Source: Fidelibacterota bacterium
Lineage (GTDB): Bacteria; Fidelibacterota; Fidelibacteria; Fidelibacterales; DSDE01
Length of the DNA: 55,604 bases
Direction of reading: 5' to 3'
Assembly: GCA_046735395.1 (NCBI GenBank)
Contig: JBJKQR010000034.1
Location: 1-55,604, forward strand
A program made the position numbers and the translations under genes. Position 1 is the stretch's first letter. Every line of letters starts with the position of its first letter. The notes below the pieces were generated by a model. The model saw only the letters and a program-made list of their open reading frames with translations. It was not told the DNA's origin and did no database searches. Shown piece after piece: positions 48,134-55,604 of this stretch.

Positions 48134-48730
48134 TCAGAACTCGCGCACGATTCCCGCGATTCTGCCGATGATTCGAACACGGCTTGGTTCATAAAACAGG
48201 GGCAACATGTCAGAATTCTTGGATTGCAGGCGAATGATATTGTTTTCGTTCTGAAAATATTTAATAAGGTATTCCCGTTTATCAACCTCGACGAGACAAT
48301 AGACCGGGTTATCGGACGCCGTATATCCGTCGATGACGATCACATCCCGCTTCAGTACATATTCCTCCCGGAAGCTGTTATCTTCAATAAGGTAGGCAAA
48401 ACTGTTGCTGTCGCAGCCCATGGTGGCGGAAACGCCGAAATATTCGGGAATTTTAAAGCGATGCACTGAATCCCGCCGGGAAATGGTTCCGATTATGGGA
48501 ACCTCAAATCCCTGGTGATTTTTATCTGCCAGCCGGATCGACCGGCTCTTGTTTTTATTGGTAAAGAGAAATCCCTTCTTCTCCAGTGTGTGAATATAGC
48601 GATACACCGTGCCTTTAGAACTGAAGTTGAATTCCGCCGCAATTTCCTCAAAACTCGGGGCAACACCCTCTTTTTCCATATATCTCTGTATAAAGTCGAG
48701 AACTTCCTTCTGCCGCTTTGTCAGCACCAT
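48134..48730 (-). CDS. lexA: LexA-like repressor (atypical cleavage region)
   Basis: LTKRQKEVLDFI..PSFEEIA..SSKGTV..LEKKGFL..RSI wHTH; S24-like C-terminus (DNSF, LIKY, IRLQSKN, IIGRIAG). Confidence 0.8.
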   Translation of the reverse strand: MVLTKRQKEVLDFIQRYMEKEGVAPSFEEIAAEFNFSSKGTVYRYIHTLEKKGFLFTNKNKSRSIRLADKNHQGFEVPIIGTISRRDSVHRFKIPEYFGVSATMGCDSNSFAYLIEDNSFREEYVLKRDVIVIDGYTASDNPVYCLVEVDKREYLIKYFQNENNIIRLQSKNSDMLPLFYEPSRVRIIGRIAGIVREF

Positions 48731-48741
48731 CTCTCTTCCTC

Positions 48742-50127
48742 CTATTCAAAGATATTCAGCTCTATCTGGCTCCGAAGTGTGTCCATTTCCTTGCTGAATG
48801 TTGCGTCGTTCTTAATTTTTGCTGCGATACTGCTACAGGCGTGAATCACGGTACTGTGGTCTCTCCCTCCCAGGCGCAGGCCGATGGATTTCAAAGAATC
48901 GCCGCTCAGTTCCCGGGCAAAATACATGGCAACCTGCCGGGCAAGGGCGATGATCTTCTGACGGCTCTTTCCGATGATCTCATTTTCGGATACACGGTAA
49001 ATCCGCGCCACACTCTTCACGATATGATCAATGGAAATACTGGTGCTGGGTTTCACACCCAGTATATCCTTGATGACCTTCTTGGCAAGAGAAATGTCGA
49101 TATCCATATGTTTCAGGGATGAATATGCGAAGACTTTTATCGTCGCGGATTCCAGCTCCCGGACATTGCTTTTAATATTGTTTGCAATAAAATTGATGAC
49201 GTCATCCGGAATTTCCAGCTCTTCCGTCTGCGCCTTGTTTTTCAGAATGGCGATGCGGGTCTCCAGATCGGGCGGCTGAATATCGACCATGAGGCCGGAA
49301 AGAAAACGTGAGATCAGGCGCTCTTCCACGCCCTTCATCTCCTTGGGTGTCCGGTCGGCCGTGATCACGATCTGTTTTCCGGCGTGATACAATTCATTGA
49401 AGGTGTGAAAAAACTGTTCCTGCGTTCCTTCCTTGGCCTGGAGAAACTGAATATCATCCACGAGCAGCAGGTCACACTTGCGGTATTTACTGGAGAATTC
49501 ATGCATCTTGTTATTCTGCAGCGATGAAATATAGTCGAGCATGAATTTTTCGCTGCTCACATACATGATGCGCTTGGCCGGAAAGGATTTGCGGACTTTA
49601 TTGCCAATGGCCTGTAACAGATGGGTTTTCCCCAGGCCGGATCCGCCGTAGATCAGCAGCGGATTGAAAGATGTGTTTCCGGGAGATTCGCTCACGGCCT
49701 TGCTGGCAACTTTCGCAAACTGGTTATGTGGTCCTTCCACATAGGTGTCAAAGGTATAGCGTTCGTTGAGCCGGACTTCATCCGCTTGTTCCACCGCCTT
49801 TTTGCGGGGAATCAGCTCGCTGCGATGGCGGTCTTCCATCTCTTTTTTTTCTACGGAACTGAGGCTGATATCAAAGGCAAGATCAACCGGCATTCCGGTA
49901 AGCTTCTGAAAGGTGCTGCGGATGAGATCCTTATAATGCTGTTCAATCCATTCACTGTAAAATTTATTCGGAACGGTGAGCGTCAGTTTCTCTCCCGAAA
50001 TCGCCTTCGCCTTCAGGGGCTTGAACCAGGTCTGCCAGGTCTGGTCCGGGAGGAAAGAACGGATTTCACTCAGGCAGTCACCCCACAGATCATTAATGTC
50101 CGCCGTCAAATTATTCACAATCGCCAT
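48742..50127 (-). CDS. dnaA: Chromosomal replication initiator DnaA
   Basis: YTFDTYVEG, NPLLIYGGSGLGKTHLL, DDIQFL, QEQFFHTFN, NVRELE, RQVAMY, GGRDHSTVIH; exact start uncertain (50118-50133). Confidence 0.98.
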   Translation of the reverse strand: MAIVNNLTADINDLWGDCLSEIRSFLPDQTWQTWFKPLKAKAISGEKLTLTVPNKFYSEWIEQHYKDLIRSTFQKLTGMPVDLAFDISLSSVEKKEMEDRHRSELIPRKKAVEQADEVRLNERYTFDTYVEGPHNQFAKVASKAVSESPGNTSFNPLLIYGGSGLGKTHLLQAIGNKVRKSFPAKRIMYVSSEKFMLDYISSLQNNKMHEFSSKYRKCDLLLVDDIQFLQAKEGTQEQFFHTFNELYHAGKQIVITADRTPKEMKGVEERLISRFLSGLMVDIQPPDLETRIAILKNKAQTEELEIPDDVINFIANNIKSNVRELESATIKVFAYSSLKHMDIDISLAKKVIKDILGVKPSTSISIDHIVKSVARIYRVSENEIIGKSRQKIIALARQVAMYFARELSGDSLKSIGLRLGGRDHSTVIHACSSIAAKIKNDATFSKEMDTLRSQIELNIFE

Positions 50128-50306
50128 CCACAATTACGTGATTACCGCCAAACTTATCCACATCCTTCAAAAATGAATTAATATACATATAAGCACTATA
50201 TTTACAATGATTTGCAAAATCAATGGTGCGAACGAGTTCAGTATAATCATTCCAAAGCACGGCAAAAAACACCCTTTTATCAACACTTATCAACATCTTA
50301 TCCACA
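50111..50306. promoter_or_regulatory. DnaA-box cluster (candidate oriC / dnaA autoregulatory region)
   Basis: TTATCCACA at 50154-62 and 50298-306; TTATCAACA at 50277-85 and 50287-95; TTATTCACA at 50111-19; AT-rich tract ~50168-50220. Confidence 0.85.
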
Positions 50307-50332
50307 GAGCAAACATCCTTTCTTCAGCAGTA

Positions 50333-50360
50333 ACTTTGCCAATCGCGGCGCTAATGTCAA
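50333..50360 (-). promoter_or_regulatory. Probable dnaA promoter
   Basis: Minus strand TTGACA-N16-CAAAGT with an extended -10 TG. Confidence 0.5.
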
Positions 50361-50613
50361 GCTGAATTAATTTTTTTTTATCAAAATATCTTTTTCAATC
50401 AAATGCCTCTCGCGATATATTCGGCACGAAGCAAAAACACCCGGTCTGCGGTCCCTTTCACCCACCCGTATTCTCTTCATTGGCAACGGTCCTGTTTTCA
50501 TACAGAACGCCTCCCGTTTTCCGGTGATTTCGCCGGGAAAATCTATCTTCATTAAAAATTTGATTTTATTATAGAAATTCCGGATATTACCGGGCTTAAA
50601 AAAAGGAGCATTT

Positions 50614-50748
50614 GTGAAAAGAACATTTCAGCCCAGCAACAGAAAAAGAAAAAACAAACATGGCTTCCGGTCCCGCATGGCCACGGCAGGCGGACGGAAA
50701 GTTCTGGCCAGCCGCAGAGCAAAAGGCAGGAAACGCCTGTCCGCTTAA
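50614..50748 (+). CDS. rpmH: 50S ribosomal protein L34, absent from the ORF track
   Basis: AAGGAG SD + [47 protein letters not shown]. Confidence 0.98.
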   Translation: MKRTFQPSNRKRKNKHGFRSRMATAGGRKVLASRRAKGRKRLSA

Positions 50749-51135
50749 GTGAAGTATTCGCTTAAACGCTCAAGAAGTTTAAAACACCGGCAGCAGATCA
50801 AAACCCTTTTTGAAAAAGGGACCTGGATGAAGAGCCGACACATCAGCCTTGTCTATTTTCCAGCTACGGAAAAAAAGTTTATTTTCACCGCGAGTAGGTC
50901 GTCCGGATCTGCGGTGCAACGGAACCTGAGGAAAAGACATATGCGTGAAGTTGTACGAAAACGCCTTTCGGATATTCCCGAGGGGTACTTTGCCTTCATC
51001 GTAAAATATTTGCCGGAAACAGAAATCGGCAGCAGGCTGGATGCGGAGCTTTCCAATCTCTTGAAATCCGTTCCGGCTGCCCAGACAGACGGGTTGTCCA
51101 CCCCATCTCTGTCTTTAGTCAAGGATTCACAATGA
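50749..51135 (+). CDS. rnpA: Ribonuclease P protein component
   Basis: [15 protein letters not shown] (RNR-like motif); rpmH-yidD synteny. Confidence 0.88.
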   Translation: MKYSLKRSRSLKHRQQIKTLFEKGTWMKSRHISLVYFPATEKKFIFTASRSSGSAVQRNLRKRHMREVVRKRLSDIPEGYFAFIVKYLPETEIGSRLDAELSNLLKSVPAAQTDGLSTPSLSLVKDSQ

Positions 51136-51365
51136 AATATGTCCTGATTTTTCTTATTCGTATTTATCAGAAAGCCATTTCTCCCTTCTTTCCCTCGTCC
51201 TGCCGGTTCTATCCCAGCTGTTCACACTATGGTGTGGAAGCGCTGCGCCAGCACGGGACGCTCCGGGGCGGATGGCTCACCATAAAACGCATCAGTAAAT
51301 GCCACCCCTATCACGAAGGCGGATTTGATCCCGTCCCTCAGAAAGGAACTCATTTTGTTCGATAA
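51132..51365 (+). CDS. yidD: Membrane protein insertion efficiency factor YidD
   Basis: [33 protein letters not shown]. Confidence 0.96.
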   Translation: MKYVLIFLIRIYQKAISPFFPSSCRFYPSCSHYGVEALRQHGTLRGGWLTIKRISKCHPYHEGGFDPVPQKGTHFVR

Positions 51366-53097
51366 AAACACCCTTTTTGCTTTTCTGCTTATTGCAGTCA
51401 TCCTCATCTTCACGCCCTATTATCAGAATTATATCAATCCCCATTCTGAAAAGGCCACCCCCGCAACCGAGGCCGTTCAAACCGAGGCCGCGGGAACAAA
51501 CACGGCCTCCCCGGTTACGTCAACGGCCGCCGTCGTCAGCGACGCCCGTGTCATGCCCGCACCCAAAACCATTCCGGCGCCATCGACCATCGCCGATACA
51601 CCCCGGCGCGTGGTCATTGATACGAAGAAATATTATCTCACGCTCAGCAACCTGGGCGGTGGGACCATTGTCGGATATGAATTCAAGGATTATCTGCTGA
51701 ATAATCAGCGCGTCAGTCTCATCCCAGAAAACGCGCAGGGAAATCTCGGACTCTCCTATACAAATGAGGACGGAGATCCGGTCGATTTCGATGACATCGC
51801 GTTCTTTTCCAAACTGCTTGACGCATCCGCGCCCGACACCATTCATGTCAGCGATCGGCTTGAGATGAATTTTACCCTCGCCCCCGATGCCGGCCATCTC
51901 ATTAAAAAATCCTTCATTTTTTATGCTGATAAATACGATTTTTCTCTATCTGTGGATTTACAGGGATATCAGAATGAATTTGCCAGCGACGAATATACGC
52001 TCAACTGGAAAAGCGGATTCCTGGTCACCGAATCCCGGGCCCGTGAAGATCTGAATTACAGTTATCTGTATACGCGGGTGGGCAAGGAAATCATCAACCT
52101 TACGCTGAAGGACAAACCTCAGGAAACATCCATGACCGGGGATGTCATGTGGGCATCCACCCGATCCAAATATTTTACTGCAGCGCTCATTCCCGTATCC
52201 GGCCCCGGCAAATCCATCAACCTGAGCGGAATCAAGAGCGACCATGACCGCCAGTCCGAAATCCGGCTGAACATGCCCTTTCAGAATGGAAGCATGCAGC
52301 AGGACAAATATACGATTCTCATCGGCCCGCTCGATGATGCCTTTCTCGAAAGCTATGGACTGAACCTGGAAAAGATGATGAACTGGGGCTGGAAGGTCAT
52401 TCAGCCGATTTCCTTTGCCGTGCTCTATGTCATCAAGTTTCTCCACCGCTTTATTTCCAATTATGGCATTGTCCTTATCATTTTCACCTTTATCATCAAG
52501 CTGATTCTCTATCCCCTTACCCATAAGAGTTATGAGTCCATGAAGAAGATGCAGGAGATTCAGCCCTTCATCAAGGAAATCCAGGACAAATACAAGAACA
52601 ATCCGGAAATGATGAACAAGGAAGTGATGGGCGCCTATAAGAAATATGGGGTCAACCCCATGGGCGGCTGTCTTCCGACCCTGATTCAGATGCCGCTGCT
52701 TTATGGACTGTTTATCGTATTCCGCACCACGATCGAATTTCGCGGAGCGCCCTTCATGCTCTGGATAACGGATCTGAGTAATCCGGATGTCATATATCAT
52801 CTGCCCTTCAATATCCCGCTCTACGGCAACGGTATATCCGTCTTTCCGGTCATTATGGGCGTATCCATGTACCTGCAGCAGCGACTCAGCGGCAGCAGTC
52901 AGCCCAACCAGCAGATGAAGATGATGCAGTATTTTATGCCGCTGTTCATGATTCTTCTTTTCAATAATTTCCCCTCCGGGCTGAACATTTATTATGCCCT
53001 CTTTAACATACTCACCATTATACAGCAGAAATATTTCATCAATCCATCCATTCAGCCGGTGGCGGCCATCCAGGAAAAATCGGCCCGGCGGAAATGA
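51355..53097 (+). CDS. yidC: Membrane protein insertase YidC
   Basis: [54 protein letters not shown] 51355 with SD. Confidence 0.96.
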   Translation: MFDKNTLFAFLLIAVILIFTPYYQNYINPHSEKATPATEAVQTEAAGTNTASPVTSTAAVVSDARVMPAPKTIPAPSTIADTPRRVVIDTKKYYLTLSNLGGGTIVGYEFKDYLLNNQRVSLIPENAQGNLGLSYTNEDGDPVDFDDIAFFSKLLDASAPDTIHVSDRLEMNFTLAPDAGHLIKKSFIFYADKYDFSLSVDLQGYQNEFASDEYTLNWKSGFLVTESRAREDLNYSYLYTRVGKEIINLTLKDKPQETSMTGDVMWASTRSKYFTAALIPVSGPGKSINLSGIKSDHDRQSEIRLNMPFQNGSMQQDKYTILIGPLDDAFLESYGLNLEKMMNWGWKVIQPISFAVLYVIKFLHRFISNYGIVLIIFTFIIKLILYPLTHKSYESMKKMQEIQPFIKEIQDKYKNNPEMMNKEVMGAYKKYGVNPMGGCLPTLIQMPLLYGLFIVFRTTIEFRGAPFMLWITDLSNPDVIYHLPFNIPLYGNGISVFPVIMGVSMYLQQRLSGSSQPNQQMKMMQYFMPLFMILLFNNFPSGLNIYYALFNILTIIQQKYFINPSIQPVAAIQEKSARRK

Positions 53098-53112
53098 AAG
53101 CCGGCAGAGGCC

Positions 53113-54498
53113 ATGACGCTCAAGGCACTGGTCAATGATACCATCGCAGCCCGGGCCACTCCGCCCGGCCTGAGTGGCCTCGCAGTCATCCGCATTTCCG
53201 GACCGCAGGCCCCCGATATTGCACGCCGGCTCTCCGGCCTTACAGAACTCCATCCCAGAATGGCAACCCATTGCCGCCTGCATCATCCGGATACGGAAAA
53301 AATCCTGGACGATGTAGTACTCACCTGGTTTCAGGCGCCGAAAAGCTATACCGGTGACGATCTGGTCGAAATCAGTTGTCACGGCGGATATTTCAGTCCG
53401 GAGGCGGTGCTGGAAGCCTGTCTTGCGGCAGGTGCCCGCATGGCTCAGCCTGGTGAATTCACCCAAAGAGCCTTTCTCAACGGCAAGCTGGACCTGCTTC
53501 AGGTCGAGGCCGTTGCCGACATTATCCACGGACATCACCGGAAGGGACAGGATCTCGCACAGCGGATTCTGCAGGGGGAGCTGTCCAGGCGGATCAATGA
53601 ATTGAAAGCTCGGCTTATCAATGCGGCCTCGCTGATCGAGCTTGAGATGGATTTCAGCGATCAGGAGCTCGATAAAATCAGCGACTCACAGCTGCTTGAG
53701 ACATTACAGGGTCCCTATGAGGAACTGAAAACCCTCGCCGAATCCTTCAGCAGCGGGAAAGTACAGCGGGAGGGCATCACGCTGGCTCTTGCCGGCCAGC
53801 CCAATGCCGGGAAATCCAGCCTGCTCAACGCCATCCTTCGGGAAAACCGGGCCCTGACCTCGGACATTCCCGGAACCACGCGCGATACACTGGAAGAACA
53901 ATTTCTTCACAAGGATGTACTGTTCAACATTATTGATACGGCCGGACTCCGGCCCAGCGCAGACCAGCTCGAACTGGCGGGGATTGACCGTTCCTACGCG
54001 AGCATGGATCGGGCAGACCTCCTGGTAATTCTGATTGATGCCTCTCAGAACAGTGAATATTCCTTCGAACGGGAGCTTCTGGCCCGGTTCAGCAAGCCGA
54101 GAATCCTGGTTTTCAATAAAATGGACCGAATCGAGGCGCCGCAGGAGACTGAAAAGCAGGCCCGGCGGCATTTTCAGGACGAAACCTGCTGTTTTCTCAG
54201 CGCCCGCGATCCATCGCAGATTCCCGGATTTCTGGACACTCTTTCTGATTTTGCCGATGCCCGATTCTCCCTTTACAACGAAAGTTTCGGCATTACGAGA
54301 TTACGGCAGCGCGACGCACTGCTCAGCGCGGCGGAGGAACTTCAGCAGGCCCTCAACGCCCTTTCGGAAAAAAGTGGGCACGAACTCCTCGCCATCGACC
54401 TCCGGGCGGCCATCGACCATCTGGACTCGCTGACGGGAGAAACCCGCTCCGAAGACATTTTAAACAACATCTTTTCTCAATTCTGCATCGGGAAATGA
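53113..54498 (+). CDS. mnmE: tRNA modification GTPase MnmE
   Basis: DTIAA.ATP, PKSYTGDD.VEI.CHG, PGEFT.RAFLNGK, GQPNAGKSS, GTTRD, DTAG, FCIGK. Confidence 0.97.
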   Translation: MTLKALVNDTIAARATPPGLSGLAVIRISGPQAPDIARRLSGLTELHPRMATHCRLHHPDTEKILDDVVLTWFQAPKSYTGDDLVEISCHGGYFSPEAVLEACLAAGARMAQPGEFTQRAFLNGKLDLLQVEAVADIIHGHHRKGQDLAQRILQGELSRRINELKARLINAASLIELEMDFSDQELDKISDSQLLETLQGPYEELKTLAESFSSGKVQREGITLALAGQPNAGKSSLLNAILRENRALTSDIPGTTRDTLEEQFLHKDVLFNIIDTAGLRPSADQLELAGIDRSYASMDRADLLVILIDASQNSEYSFERELLARFSKPRILVFNKMDRIEAPQETEKQARRHFQDETCCFLSARDPSQIPGFLDTLSDFADARFSLYNESFGITRLRQRDALLSAAEELQQALNALSEKSGHELLAIDLRAAIDHLDSLTGETRSEDILNNIFSQFCIGK

Positions 54499-54499
54499 C

Positions 54500-55604
54500 G
54501 TGACGGATACAAATTTTGATATTCTGGTTGTCGGCGCCGGCCATGCCGGAGTGGAGGCGGCTCTCGCCGGAGCGCGTCTGGGCTTCCGCACCGGACTGGT
54601 CACCTTTCAATTGGAAGATATTGCCCAGATGAGCTGTAATCCGGCCATCGGGGGGCTTGCCAAGGGTCACCTGGTCCGGGAGCTGGATGTTCTCGGCGGA
54701 GAGATGGGGCTGGCGATTGATCAGACCGGAATACAATTTAAAATGTTGAACCGGTCGAAGGGCCGGGCGGTCTGGAGCCCGCGGGCCCAGGCAGACAAAC
54801 AGGCCTACCACCGCTATTTTGCCGCACTGCTGCCGACCGTTCCAAATCTGGAACTCATCACCGGTCATGCCGATGCGCTGATCGTTGAGGACGGTCGCGT
54901 TACCGGGATACACATTCAGGATAAAGGCCCGATCCGGACAAAGCGGGTAATTCTCACCGCCGGAACCTTTCTGCGCGGCCGGATTCATATCGGCGATTAC
55001 CAGGTCGAATCCGGTCGATTCGGAGAACTGCCCAGTGTCGGCATCAGCGATCAGCTGCGGTCTCTCGGACTCTCTGTCGGCCGGCTGAAAACCGGCACGC
55101 CGCCCCGTGTCCATCGGGACAGCATCAATTTTTCGCTCATGGACAAGCAACCCGGAGACACACATCCGGAACCTTTTTCCTACCGGACCCGCAACTTCAG
55201 CCCGCCGGATATCGCCTGTTATCTGACCCATTCGGGTGAACGCACCCGGAATATTATACAGGAAGGGCTTCACCGTTCACCGCTATACAGCGGGAAGATC
55301 CGCGGCACCGGGCCCCGATACTGTCCCTCCATCGAAGATAAAATCGTTCGATTTTCAGATAAAATCAGCCACCAGCTCTTCCTGGAACCGGAATGGCGCG
55401 GTTCCGATCAATGGTATATCAATGGGTTCAGCTCCAGTTTGCCCGTCGACATCCAGATCCGGGCGCTGCGCGAAGTACCCGGCCTGGAGCAGGTTCAGCT
55501 CATCCGGCCCGGCTACGCCATTGAATATGATTACTTCCCGTCCTGGCAGATCCGCGAAAGCCTGGAAACCCGCGCTCTCGCCGGCTTGTATTTCGCCGGA
55601 CAGA
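54500..55604 (+). CDS. mnmG: tRNA modification enzyme MnmG (GidA), 3'-truncated by the window edge; absent from the ORF track
   Basis: GTG 54500; VVGAGHAGVEAA, MSCNPAIGGLAKG, RLKTGTPPR, GPRYCPSIEDK, GYAIEYDY, AG. Confidence 0.97.
   Translation, partial: MTDTNFDILVVGAGHAGVEAALAGARLGFRTGLVTFQLEDIAQMSCNPAIGGLAKGHLVRELDVLGGEMGLAIDQTGIQFKMLNRSKGRAVWSPRAQADKQAYHRYFAALLPTVPNLELITGHADALIVEDGRVTGIHIQDKGPIRTKRVILTAGTFLRGRIHIGDYQVESGRFGELPSVGISDQLRSLGLSVGRLKTGTPPRVHRDSINFSLMDKQPGDTHPEPFSYRTRNFSPPDIACYLTHSGERTRNIIQEGLHRSPLYSGKIRGTGPRYCPSIEDKIVRFSDKISHQLFLEPEWRGSDQWYINGFSSSLPVDIQIRALREVPGLEQVQLIRPGYAIEYDYFPSWQIRESLETRALAGLYFAGQ

Noticed and set aside
48118..48285. Longer N-terminus of the YcjF-like ORF, and similar extensions of apbE, trmD, folB, yidC, AraC and the REC protein in the ORF track
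   Set aside because: Most overlap upstream genes and all lack homologous-looking sequence; downstream starts fit better
51958..53538. 526-aa minus-strand ORF opposite yidC/mnmE
   Set aside because: Antisense to conserved essential genes; no recognisable domain
1..55604. CRISPR arrays, tRNA/rRNA genes, prophage or defence systems, TGA-recoded selenoproteins
   Set aside because: None seen by eye. The TGA stops I checked fall at expected protein ends; a dedicated tool could still find something I missed

Overview
Bacterial chromosomal window, mostly core genome. It probably comes from an FCB-superphylum-like diderm (inference from a Bacteroidota-type bS22, LptD and an FlgD-Ig-tailed secreted protein, together with canonical TTGACA promoters and Shine-Dalgarno sites). 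The first ~9 kb is accessory: a 5'-truncated IS5-family transposase, a GNAT, orphan membrane sensors, a lipoprotein and an AraC regulator with its neighbouring gene. The rest holds mltD-sppA-HU-bS22-xseAB-nadK-folBK-dNK, a 1568-aa LTD/FG-GAP secreted protein, and rarA-lptD-haem protein-radical SAM-rne/rng. These are followed by a four-gene signalling cassette, ffh-rpsP-khpA-rimM-trmD-rplS-selA, a dnaA-led minus-strand operon, a DnaA-box cluster and rpmH-rnpA-yidD-yidC-mnmE-mnmG (partial). Most notable: (1) a TPR / His-less GAF-GAF pseudokinase / REC-kinase / REC-helical cassette; (2) a LexA-like repressor lacking the Ala-Gly cleavage site, sitting where dnaN normally is; (3) an unannotated rod-like, 6S-like RNA at ~9017-9147; (4) small genes missed by the ORF track (bS22, rpmH). 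All calls come from reading motifs by eye; no searches were run.
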